This document shows positions 25,446 to 36,592 of a DNA stretch of 64,000 nucleotides, piece after piece (the stretch's first letter is position 1; each line of letters starts with the position of its first letter). The translations under genes were made by a program, and so were the position numbers. Location: positions 620,001 through 684,000 of the forward strand of contig CAUYUJ010000114.1 of NCBI GenBank assembly GCA_963575745.1, in the 5' to 3' direction. Source of the DNA: Prorocentrum cordatum (taxonomy: Eukaryota). A model generated the notes under the pieces. It saw only the letters and a list, made by a program, of their open reading frames with translations. It was not told the origin of the DNA and did not search any database.

Positions 25446-25929
25446 CACGAATCTTGCTACCACGATTATGTTTTACTATTAGTATTGTTCTTACTACTAC
25501 TACTAATAATAATAATACGAATAATCATACTAATAGTACTACTACTGCTCCTGCTACTACTACAACTACTATTACGACTACTACTACTACTACTACGACT
25601 ACTACTACTACTACTACTACTATTACTACTACTACTACTACTCCTACTACTACTACTACTACTGCTACTACTTTTACTGCTACTCCCGCGGCCACTACTA
25701 CTTCTACGACGAGTACTACTACTACGACTACTACAACTACTACGTCTACTTCTACTTCTACTGCTACTACTACTACTACTACTACCACGTCTACTACTAC
25801 TACTACTACTTCTACTACTACTACTACTACTACGACTACTACTACTACTACTACGACTACTACTACTACTGCTACTACCACTTACTATTATTACTACTAT
25901 CACTACTACTACTACTATTACTACTACTA

Positions 25930-25969
<40 letters not shown>

Positions 25970-25979
25970 GCCTACTACG

Positions 25980-26022
<43 letters not shown>

Positions 26023-26034
26023 TTACAACTACTA

Positions 26035-26072
<38 letters not shown>

Positions 26073-26545
26073 ACTACTACTGTTACCACGACTCCTGCTA
26101 CTAGTGCTACCGCCCTTAGCACGACCACTGATTATTACTACGACTTACTACTACGACTACTGCTGCTACGACAGGGATAGTAATACTATTTCTGTTACTT
26201 TTAGGACTATAACTTCTACTTCTTCTACTACTATTACTACTACTACTACCACTACTACCACTACTACTCCTACTACCACTACCGCTACTACTACTACTCC
26301 TACTGCTACTACTACTACTACTACTACTACTACGACGACTACTAGTAGTAGTACTACTACTACTGCGACTACGACTACGGCTACTACTACTACTACGACT
26401 ACTGCTGTTACGGTTGGTAGCAGTTTTACTACTACTGTTTCTACTACTACTTCCACCGCGTTTACTACTACTACTACTACTACTATTACTACTACTACTC
26501 CTGCTACGCCACTACTACTACTACTACTACTACTGCTGCTACTTT

Positions 26546-26596
<51 letters not shown>

Positions 26597-26814
26597 GACT
26601 ACTACTACTACTACTGCTACGACTACGGCTGCCTCTACTACTACTACTACTGCTGCTACTACTACTACTACTACCTCTACGACTACGACAGCCATTTCTA
26701 CTACTACTCCTGCCACGACTACTTCTACTACTACGAGGACGACGGCGACGACGACTACTACTACTACTACCACTACTATTACTGTTACTGTTACTGTTAC
26801 TACGACTACTACTA

Positions 26815-26855
<41 letters not shown>

Positions 26856-26892
26856 GCTGCTACTACTACTACGACTACTGCTACTTCTACTG

Positions 26893-26928
<36 letters not shown>

Positions 26929-26976
26929 GTAGTACTACTATTACTACTACTACTATTACTACTACGACTACTACTA

Positions 26977-27008
<32 letters not shown>

Positions 27009-27087
27009 ACGACTACTACTACGACTACGACTACTACTACTACTACTACTGCTACTACTACTACCACTACTACTACTACTACTACTG

Positions 27088-27121
<34 letters not shown>

Positions 27122-27185
27122 GAACTACTACTAACTACTACTAACTACTATTCTACGGCTGCTACTACGACGTCTACCGCTACTG
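24994..27185. repeat. ~2.2-kb degenerate (CTA)n microsatellite
   Basis: Read directly; source of the spurious poly-Y/T/L/V/S ORFs. Confidence 0.97.
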
Positions 27186-27597
27186 CTTTCATTCTCACTA
27201 CGACTACTCCTGTTACCACCATTCACTGCCGCTACTACCAATACGTTCACGATCCTCATTATTACCACACAAACGACTACGGCCACCGCCGCCCCGAATC
27301 TTGCAGTTGGCACCGCTGCAACTACGTCAATACCTGGTAATATCCGGGTCGCTACTTCCGTCTTTTGGTTCGGTTGCAGGTTCGGTTTCGCATGCGAAGC
27401 ATTGATTCCGTTACATTTGGAACACATTAGGTCTGCAATCGACATCCACTTGGAGCACAGTTGGTTTACATTAAATATGGCACATTGTCACTTGGTGGGC
27501 GAGGTACAATCGGAACATCAGAGGGCTACCAGAGAATTTGACAATCAGCGAGAGACCCACTCGTATGCAGTTGTGGGTTCTGCCGTTGTATGCACCG

Positions 27598-28362
27598 CAC
27601 TCGGTGGAGCTCCTTTTGGGGCCACGAAGCGTGTGAGTGGATGGTGTGCCAAAATGGGTGCGGTGGGCGCATGCGAGAGCTGGCATTTAGGCCTTGGGTG
27701 GGGCGCCCTATGGGGCGACGAAACGTGTGAGGGGTGTCCCAACATAGGCTCAGTGGGCGCATGCGAGCGTTGGCATGTGTGCCTTCGGTGGGGCTCCCTA
27801 GGGGGCCACGAGACGTGTGAGGGGTGTATCACAATGGGTGCGGCGGGCGCATGCGATCGTTGGCATCTGGGCCTGTGGTGGAGCTCCCTATGCGGCCACA
27901 AAACGTTTGAGGGGAGTGCCAAAATGGGCGCCGCGGGCGCATGCGAGCGCTGACATTTGGGCCTTCGGTGGAGCTCCCTATAGGGCCACAAGGCGTGTGA
28001 GGCGCATACGAGCGCTGGCATGTGGGCATTCGGTGGAGCTCCCTGTGGGGCCACGAAACGCGTGAGGGGAGTTCGGGTGCAGTGGGCGCCTGCGAGCGCT
28101 GGCATTTGGGCCTTCGGTGGAGCTCCCTATGGGGCCACGAAGCGTGTGAGGGGCGTGCCAAAATGGGTGCGGCGGGCGCATGCGAGCGCTGGCATGTGGG
28201 CCTTCGGTGGAGGTCCTTCTGAGACCACGAAACGGTCGTGGGGAGTGCCACATTGGGGGAGGAGAGGAAGAGGGGAGAGGATAGGAGGAGGGAGGAGGGC
28301 AGCGGGAGTGAGGACGCGGGGCGTTGTCTCTTCAAAACGAGGAGCCACAGCATGGTTGGGAA
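27598..28362 (-). repeat. ~89-bp satellite array 5 with head motif, reverse orientation
   Basis: Reverse complement of the core; head tctcttcaaaacgagg...catggttgggaa at ~28325-28362. Confidence 0.88.
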
Positions 28363-30299
28363 CAATAAAAGCATTTTGGAATTTGAATACGCCTGGTATA
28401 CAAGAAGGGTAACACGCTGGAGGATCCTCAGGAATGCCGAGGATCTTGGGGAACCTTGAGCGCAAATTGGATTCCGAAAAGGATTATCACAAGGTCGGCT
28501 CCACGGTGAGCGCTTCGGACATCTATAAGGCGAAGCCACGATGGGCCATATTGGACTCAAGTCGGAACACAAAATGATTCCAACAGGGAGGCGCTGCACT
28601 GCTTCCCAGAAGGGTTCCAATCGGATTCCGATAATATCCCAATAGGAAAACATCTGGTTGGATCCCGATCGGATCCAACGGGAACCCAAAATGGTGACAA
28701 TGGGCAAGAGCCCTATCGGATTCGATTTGGATTCCAATATGATGCCCGTGGGATTTTATGGGAGTCCAATCGGATGACAATGGGATTCCAAGAAGACCCC
28801 CCGAGAGCGCTAAGTGGAAGGAAAACCATGGATGATTCGGTCAGGGACGAAATAGGATTCGAACGGGAAGAGGATTCCAATTACAACAGAATCCAAATGG
28901 AATCCATCGTATTTTTTGAAGAACCCGTTCCCCGGCAGCATTTTCTCGAACGTGTACACAAGAAGAAGTGACCTCCCTTGAGGCAACCCATTGAGGTTTC
29001 ATGGCTCTTGGAGTGTCGTTGGAATGCTGATCTGGGTATCTCTCCCTTGACAAAACTCATGCCGGGGGAAACTTTGCAGCCGTTCCAATTTCCACCGGAG
29101 AGTCATCCATATGAGGAACCAACCCTGTCACTGGGGAACAATCCTCTCGCCCCGGAACACCCTCCGGGACCCCCCCCCGACGTGGGAGAGATCGAAGGGA
29201 ACGGGTTTCCCATCGATTCGATTACCACATTGCGAGGTTTTTCTCTCGCTGACAGGTTTGAGGAGGGTGCAGGGAAAGGGGACGACGCGGACGACGACTA
29301 ACGGAGACGACGACTCGAACAGACAAACCCCTCGCGCACGCCCATCGCCCCCTCTTGACACATTTTCTCTTGGCTTATTCAGCTCAGACTCCCCGGCCAG
29401 CTCGAAGGAGAAAGGCCGTAGTATCTGGAAGCTGGGAAAAGTGGTCGGCGTCTGGCTTCACACTTTTTTCCAGCCCGCGCAAATTTCGCATAATGTTTCC
29501 AGCCCTGGCGACCTCGTCCAAATGGATTCGGGCTCGGTTTAGCTTTCCGCCAGTTTTTCCAGCCCTCGCCACTTCCATCATCCTGGAACTTCCAGCTTCC
29601 AGTTCTCTTCCAAGTCATCTGCAAATTCGAGTGCATAAGCGATGCTGCAGTGTAGGTTCCCGTCCCCCATTTGTTTATCATGAGTCTTTACAAGCACTCG
29701 CTTTGTATTGCGGGAAGCGCACCATTCTTTTTTCGCGGGGGTGACATTCAAGGATTTGGACATCCGAGATTTATCAAGCGAGAACCCCGCTTTGAAAAAT
29801 GGCATCCCTCCTGTAGCTATAGCACACGTTCGCATTATCTTCGTTAAGTTGGATCCCAGATTGAGAAAGAACCGCCTTCCATTCGCGTGAGTGTCACACT
29901 CGTTTCAATCTCCGGCCAGAACATTCAAAGGCGTCTCAAGCGAGAGCCCCATCTTGAAAACCATCCACCACGCATCTTTCTCACTGCTGGGAACGTTTCA
30001 TGCGAACGTGCACGGTGCCAGGGCGATGACCCACCGTTGAAAAAAACACACCCGCTTTCCCTGCATGTACTTGAAAGGACCGTTCAAGACGAATGCGCAT
30101 CATCTTCTGGCGAGCGCCACAAGGTGAAATCAAACTCTGTCCTCCGAATGTGCGCGACGCTACGGCGAGAGCCACTGAAAACCACCTGCTTCCTATCCTT
30201 GCAGCTGCTAGAAGCTCGTAAGTATGGTGAATGTGTGCGGTGCATCATCGAAAACAGGGTTCGCCCTCCAGCGCAGCCGATGGAAATGTCAAGCGGCAA

Positions 30300-31000
30300 G
30301 TCGTACGCCCCGACGAAGGCTTAAACCAATTGTGCGACTCGCCTTGCCAACACGTCTGGATGCGCGACCAGGAGGGGCTCTTCACAAGGACATGATAATA
30401 AGCATGAGGGGGAACCGGAGGGAGTGACGGAGCGGTGGAGGGGGCGGATGATTATGCCGGAGAGATGGTGGCTTGATAGTTCCGTGGCGCCAATCAGCGG
30501 ATGGCGCCAATCAGTGGACGGTTTGTATCCCAGCCAGCCGCTCGCAGCTGGTGAGCGTCTCCATTCTGGTATCATCCCTGACAAGCCCCTTCCACAAGAT
30601 AAGGAAGTTCCTCTGCAAGCATTCTCCCTGCAGCCTGCGACACGTGCCGTACTTTGCGTTGAAGGCCACGGTGCCACGCATCTTCCGAGCGAGCCCTGTG
30701 GCCTCGAACGTCGACGCTGTCAGGCTGAAGTCGCCGCCGAGAAACCACTGCTTCCTCAACCGCTGCCTCCTCCCCGTCTTCACGAGCGCGGCCAAGCGTG
30801 ATATAATCTTCATGTTGCGTTTGGTGGGGCCTTCGCTCAGCCAAAGATGAGCCGAGCATAGCGCTGTCCCTTGCATCGTAGAGGCACGTGCAAATGTGAC
30901 CCCACAGCCGTCCAGGAGGGCCACGAGGCGACGCGTCCCGGGCGAGGCGGAGCTCTGGCAGGTACGCGAGGCTCCTTCGCGACGGAACCACAATGAGCAC
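30300..31000 (-). pseudogene. Decayed LINE APE-endonuclease remnant (may extend to ~29300)
   Basis: WFLGGDFSL...GTC resembles WIVGGDFNM...PTC of the LINE at 37050; many frame breaks. Confidence 0.45.
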
Positions 31001-31107
31001 CCCTGCACTTCTCCTCTAGGCAGTGCACCCCTTTGAGGGGCAGCGGATCTTCCTCTCGTTCAATACGTCGTGCTTCTTTGTTGTCGTTGTTGTTGGTGGT
31101 GTTGTTG

Positions 31108-31971
31108 AACATTATTACTTCTTAAGAATAATTATTGTTGGGACCCCTGGTGCGCGACCCCCCCGCCGCGCCTAGGCCGCAGCCTCATTTTCATCATTTT
31201 CGTGAGGAAGTCTCAGGTAAAACGATGTGTACCGGATCCGGTTGTTTTGTTGTCCCCCGCTTTCCCTTGCAAAAAATAAGCTAAAGTGGACATTTCTTGT
31301 TCTAACATAACCAAACTTCAAGAATCCCTTGCAAAAAATAAGGTAAAGTGGACATTCGCGCGCGCAAGACGAAATCCTTCCAAAACCTTAGTTTTCGTAG
31401 CGATTTTAACATAAAAACATCAAAAAACCAATGGTTTTTCAAAAAAAAATGTCAAAATTTCATCCCGCGCGCTCTTGCGGATTCGTAGGAAACCCAACAC
31501 TTTTTAAACATTTCTGTCAAACGGGCTTTTGCGAGCAACTTTTTCGAACTTCTGCAACAACGGTTGCGCACCTGCCAGGGCCATCATCCCTGTCAAATAA
31601 TACCATGCGGGACACATTCGTTTTTTCTTCGCGCGCGCACGCCGTCGTCGTCGGCCGCGGGGCCCTGAATAGTAGCCACGGTCGTCCGCATGCCACGAAG
31701 TGAAGTGTCCGAACGTCATAGGGCGGGAAGCTGGGTGTGGGTGGTGGCGAAGAGTCGTTTGGAAATTTGGTAGAGCTTGAACCGGCCCCCCCACAAAGTG
31801 GGGGTATTGCCCGCCTCCTATGAAAACCCTGGCACTGGTGAGAACGGAGTGTCCCCACGTGCTAGTAATTGTTGCTGTTGTTGTTGCTGTTGGTGTTGTT
31901 GGTGTTGGTGCTGGTGTTGTTGCTGCTGCTGTTGTTGTTGCTGTTGATGATGTTGTTGTTGCTGTTGTTGT

Positions 31972-32015
<44 letters not shown>

Positions 32016-32901
32016 TTGTTGTTGTTGCTGTTGTTGTTGTCGTTGTCGTCGTCGTTGTTGTTGTTGTTGTTGTTGTTATTGTTGTTGTTGTTGGTGGTGT
32101 TGTTGTTGTTGTTGGTGTTGTTGTTGTTGTTGTTGTTGTTGAACATTATTAATTCTAAAGAATAATTATTGTTGGGACCCCTGGTGCACGGCCCCCCTGC
32201 GCCGCCTAGGCCGCAGCTACATTTTCATCATTTTCGTGAGGAAGCCTCAGGTAATACGATGTGATCAAGATCCGGTTGTTTTGTTGTAATCCGCTTTCCC
32301 TTGCAAAAAACACTATAAAATGACATTTCTTGTTCTAATATAATCAAATTTCAAGAATCCCTTGCAAAAAATAAGGTAAAGTGGACATTCGCGCGCGCAA
32401 GACGAAATCCTTCCAAAAGCTTAGTGTTCGGAGCGATTTTAACATAAAAACATCAAAAAACCAATGGTTTTTCAACAAAAAAATGTCAAAATCTCATCCC
32501 GCGCGCTCTTGCGGATTCGTAGGAAACCCAACACTTTTTAAACATTTCTGTCAAACGGGCTTTTGCGAGCAACTTTTTCGAACTTCTGCGACAACGGTTG
32601 CGCACCTGCCAGGGCCATCATCCCTGTCAAATAATACCATGCGGGACACATTCGTTTTTTCTTCGCGCGCGCACGCCGTCGTCGTCGGCCGCGGGGCCCT
32701 GAATAGTAGCCACGGTCGTCCGCATGCCACGAAGTGAAGTGTCCGAACGTCATAGGGCGGGAAGCTGGGTGTGGGTGGTGGCGAAGAGTCGTTTGGAAAT
32801 TTGGTAGAGCTTGAACCGGCCCCCCCACAAAGTGGGGGTATTGCCCGCCTCCTATGAAAACCCTGGCACTGGTGAGAACGGAGTGTCCCCACGTGCTAGT
32901 A

Positions 32902-32993
<92 letters not shown>
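31108..32993 (+). repeat. Two tandem 761-bp units (31108-31868, 32142-32902) separated and flanked by (GTT)n
   Basis: Constant 1034-bp offset; 3' halves nearly identical; each ends cacgtgctagtaa then (TTG)n. Confidence 0.92.
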
Positions 32994-32995
<2 letters not shown>

Positions 32996-33341
32996 CGAGG
33001 CCCATGTTAACACTCTGCACGCGGGCACGTGCGGGTCAAACGGCCGCCTTTCGTTGCTCCGTTTCACGCTGTTCCGGAGCCCTGCGGTGTTGCGTGTTGG
33101 GGGGGAAACAACCTCTCCTCTGGGCAGCGTGGACTGCCAGCGCGAAGCCGCCTTCAAACCCTGATCGACCTGTGGTGTGCGCTGCACGGCCAGGCTGAGC
33201 TGGCCGCCCGCCGACTGCAACTCCTGGCAACATAAAGGCGGAAGCGTGGAACTGGTAGCGCACCACGCTCAGGACCCTCTCGAGACCACTGACAGGGTTG
33301 GAGTGTATGGTGGTAAATTGTTGGCCATCTCTCTTCGGGCG

Positions 33342-33494
33342 AAGAGAACTATGCACATGCACCGATCCTGACAACGCCCATCCTTGACCCAGGATCGGTG
33401 CATATACCTTCCTGGCCAAGGTAAGAGGGCGTATGCACCGATCCTGGGCTCAGGATGGTCCTGCCCAGAATCGATGTATGTGCATAGTTCTCTT
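33342..33494. mobile_element. Foldback/MITE with nested inverted repeats
   Basis: aagagaactatgcacat / atgtgcatagttctctt termini; internal tgcaccgatcctg repeats in both orientations. Confidence 0.75.
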
Positions 33495-33865
33495 TCCTCT
33501 ATCTCTTCAACTCCACCGTGCGGATGACCTTGGTGTTAGCCTCCGCGCGGTGCGCGAGCCCCAGCGGCACACCAACCAAGACTAAGCACGAGGGCAGGAG
33601 CGCGCTTGGCCACCTCCGACAACGAGGATGACGACAGCGACGACGACGACGACGACGACGCGCGCTTGGCCACCTCCTGCGGCTTGCAGCCAGCTCGGCA
33701 CCGCCAGGGGCGCCGCAGCGGAAGCGCGGCGGCCGCGGAGGGCCCCCCTTCGCACGCCTACCGCTCCGCCTGCCTGCCGGGCCGCCCTCCTCGTCCGCTC
33801 GGCGAACAGCTCGCCGTCTGTCGTCGTTGCTGTCGTCGTCGCCGCTGCCGCCGCCGCCGCCGTGA

Positions 33866-33917
<52 letters not shown>

Positions 33918-34469
33918 TGTCGTCATCCTCGTTGTCGGAGGTAGCCAGGCCGGCTTCGGGCGGGCAGCTCGAAGAGGTCCTCCCGTGGCTGCCCCTGAGA
34001 CTGCACCTGACAGCCAGCGTCTGCGGCCTTACTGCTCGCCGCCGCGGCCGCTGCCGTCCAAGTCCGCGCGAGTTCGGGCAGCCCGCGCCACAGCGTGCGA
34101 GGGGATGGAGGAGGAGGAGGAGGAGGAGGAGGAGGAGGAGGAGGAGGAGGAGGAGGGGGAGGAGGAGGAAGAGGAGAAGGAGGAAAAGGAGGAGGAGGAG
34201 GAGAAGGAGGAGCAGAAACAAGGTACAGATACTGCTATTCATCTTTTTGTTCGCCTGTTTGATGCTTCCTGGAAGGCTCTCGTCGCCAAGGCTGGATTCG
34301 CCTTGAAGTTATGGCCAGAACCTACCCTGGGAGAGGTCTGGGGAGCAGCAGTATCAGTACTTCTTGTTTCCCCGAGGAATGGGAAGAGGAGGAGCAGGAG
34401 CAGGAGCAGGAGCAGGAACAGGAGAAGGAGGAGGACCACCACTAGTCTTCTGCGAGCCCGCCCCGACAG

Positions 34470-34505
34470 GAGATGTACCAGATGATCACGCTCGGCGGCG
34501 ATGCG
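34470..34505 (+). CDS. SMC4: SMC4 36-nt micro-exon (EMYQMITLGGDA)
   Basis: Highly conserved SMC4 motif; CAG|G acceptor and GA donor; phase 0 on both sides. Confidence 0.9.
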
Positions 34506-34916
34506 GAGCCCCGGGGGCATTCGGACGACTTGGCGCCCGCGCCCGTACCCACCCATCGCCCTCTGCCCGCCGACCGGGGGACGTGTCCTGGCGGGCCCCG
34601 CGGAGCGGTGGGCTGTGGCTGCGGCGTGAAGGCGTCGGAGTTCGGGGGACGGACAGACCTCCTGCCCTGACACGTCGATTAAGGAATTGGCCGTTTTCGG
34701 TTCGCGAGATGGCGTCGCGGCCGTCACTTTGGCGGGTCCAGGTCCGCCGGTTTCGGTCCCACTTCGTTTTCCTTAGAGGGAGGTTTACTAGAGGGAGGCT
34801 TGTCCACCGCCGAGAAGTCCAGCGCTACCCAGGAGCGTCGACAGCACGCCTCCAGATCTGGGGGTATGAGAAACTTCAGGCGCGGCAGGTGGATGGGCGG
34901 TGCTCGAACAGTAATA

Positions 34917-35121
34917 TCGGGGAAGCGTTAGACTCGAGTAAGCCGGAACTCGGGTTTGCCGACATTTTTTGACGAGCGCGTCCTGGATTTTGACGGGTCA
35001 GTTTTCTCGGGATGTCTGCAGCGGGAGCTCGCGTCAAATTTCAGATTGGGTCTCGTCATTTTTATGGTGGCCCCGTCAGGCCAACCCGAGTCCCCCGTAC
35101 CCGAGTGTTACGTGTCCCCGA
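34917..35121. mobile_element. MITE family D (TCGGGG...CCCCGA), 5-bp TSD TAATA
   Basis: Imperfect ~45-bp TIRs with TAATA on both sides; second copy at 59541-59743 with TSD GCGTT. Confidence 0.85.
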
Positions 35122-35135
35122 TAATAGGCAGCATG

Positions 35136-35151
35136 CACACACACACACACA

Positions 35152-35205
<54 letters not shown>
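35136..35205. repeat. (CA)n/(CGCA)n microsatellite abutting the LINE 5' end
   Basis: Read directly from the sequence. Confidence 0.95.
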
Positions 35206-35206
<1 letters not shown>

Positions 35207-35227
35207 CCGTAGCCATTTTGGCTCAAG
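35206..35227 (+). other. Complete dinoflagellate spliced leader (DinoSL), genome-integrated copy
   Basis: TCCGTAGCCATTTTGGCTCAAG is a 22/22 match to DCCGTAGCCATTTTGGCTCAAG; followed by the LINE 5' UTR. Confidence 0.97.
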
Positions 35228-35394
35228 GCTATGAACCGCCCGACGACCGCGAGTCCGTTCTCGGGCGCCTCTGAGCGCGAGGGGGTTCGCGCTTTGAGGC
35301 CTGTTCCTTTGTGCAAGATTCTCTCTCCAGTGGCCAGCCTGGCCGTCATTTTGCTGCTCGCGGGCACAGCTTCCGAGTCTGTGGTTGAGGAGCA

Positions 35395-36573
35395 ATGGCG
35401 CCGCCCGCCGCTGGTGCAAAGGGAGGAGGCAGTCGTGCAGCCCGTCGTGACAAATGGCTCTGCAAGTCCTGCCACGGACGTGATCATGAGCCCTACGTCA
35501 ACTTCGCTGGCAAGCTGTGCTGCAACAGTTGCGGCCTGGCCAAAAGCGTTGTGTACGGGGGCCCCGTCAAGCCCAGTGCGCCCTCCCGGCCAGCGCCGTG
35601 GGCCGCAGGAGGCAAAGCAGCAGGTTCGCTCTCGGCACAGCTGCTTGAGATGCAGAAGCAAGTCCAGTCGCTCACGTCGCAGCTCAAGCAGGCGAAGGCC
35701 AAGCCACCCGAGTCGGCGGCGCCCACGGCGAGCGCTGAGCAAAGGGAGGGCGATGCTGGGGCCGAGTCGACAGTCAAGAAAAGGTTGGACGAGTTGGACG
35801 GCTTCATTAAGCAGCTGGTTGGAGTCGGCACGCCAGAGGTTGCGAAGCTGGTGGAGCAGTACAAATCAGAGCAAGTCAAGCTGCGCACGCAGCTGTTCCA
35901 GGAGAAGCCGCCTTCGCAGCGGCTCAAGTCTCTCGGTTTCAAGATCACCAAGGTCGAGCAGCAGATCGCCAAGCAGCAGGCGGCCCGCGAGCTCAAGCAG
36001 GCGCAGCTGGCGGCTTTGCAGGCGGAGATCGCCACGCAGGACGCCGCGTTGGCAGTATCCCGCAAGCAGCTGCTGGAGCTTGAGGGCCAGCGGGCACAAC
36101 TGGTTGGTGCGCTGCCGCAGCCTCCCGCAGCGGCCCCTGGCACGGGTGCTGGCGACGATGAGAGCAGCTGGACGCTGCCCAAGCTGGAACAAGTCCTGCT
36201 TGCTGCTGGCGCTCCTCCTGATCTGCAGCAGGACGTGGCCAATCTGGTGGACAGGATGCGCCAGCATCGGCACGCTCAGGAGCAGGAGCGAGCAGCTCAA
36301 GCCGAGCGTGAGGCCGCCCAGGCTCAGCAAGAGCAAGCCGAGGAGGCGGCTGACAGAGCCGACGCCGCCATGGAGGCAGACGAAGGAGAGGCCCAGGATG
36401 AGGAGTCCGTCAACCAGGCCACTGCCGAGGAGCTTCGCGACTTCTTGCGCGAGTCTGGCGCTGACATCCCTAACGCTGCTGATGCTTCAGAGGAGGAGCT
36501 TCGGGCTGCTGTCAAGAGAATCCGCATGGCCGCAGCCAAGTGGAAGGTGGTCAAGAAGCCACGCACAGCCTGA
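35395..36573 (+). CDS. LINE ORF1 protein (392 aa): N-terminal C4 Zn finger and coiled coil
   Basis: WLCKSC...NFAGKLCCNSC (RanBP2-like); Q/E/A/K-rich heptads; ends 19 nt before ORF2. Confidence 0.85.
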   Translation: MAPPAAGAKGGGSRAARRDKWLCKSCHGRDHEPYVNFAGKLCCNSCGLAKSVVYGGPVKPSAPSRPAPWAAGGKAAGSLSAQLLEMQKQVQSLTSQLKQAKAKPPESAAPTASAEQREGDAGAESTVKKRLDELDGFIKQLVGVGTPEVAKLVEQYKSEQVKLRTQLFQEKPPSQRLKSLGFKITKVEQQIAKQQAARELKQAQLAALQAEIATQDAALAVSRKQLLELEGQRAQLVGALPQPPAAAPGTGAGDDESSWTLPKLEQVLLAAGAPPDLQQDVANLVDRMRQHRHAQEQERAAQAEREAAQAQQEQAEEAADRADAAMEADEGEAQDEESVNQATAEELRDFLRESGADIPNAADASEEELRAAVKRIRMAAAKWKVVKKPRTA

Positions 36574-36592
36574 GAACTCGTTGTTGCCAGTC

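Noticed and set aside
24543..27144. Long poly-Tyr/Thr/Leu/Val/Ser ORFs
   Set aside because: These are translations of the (CTA)n microsatellite.
35206..35330. Possible SL RNA gene
   Set aside because: It is a single copy followed directly by the LINE UTR and ORF1, with CA repeat upstream and no tandem SL or 5S context; better explained as a retrocopied leader.
35231..36592. 5' part of the 621-aa ORF 35231..37096
   Set aside because: It is an alternative frame overlapping ORF1; only the part from ATG 36593 has endonuclease motifs.
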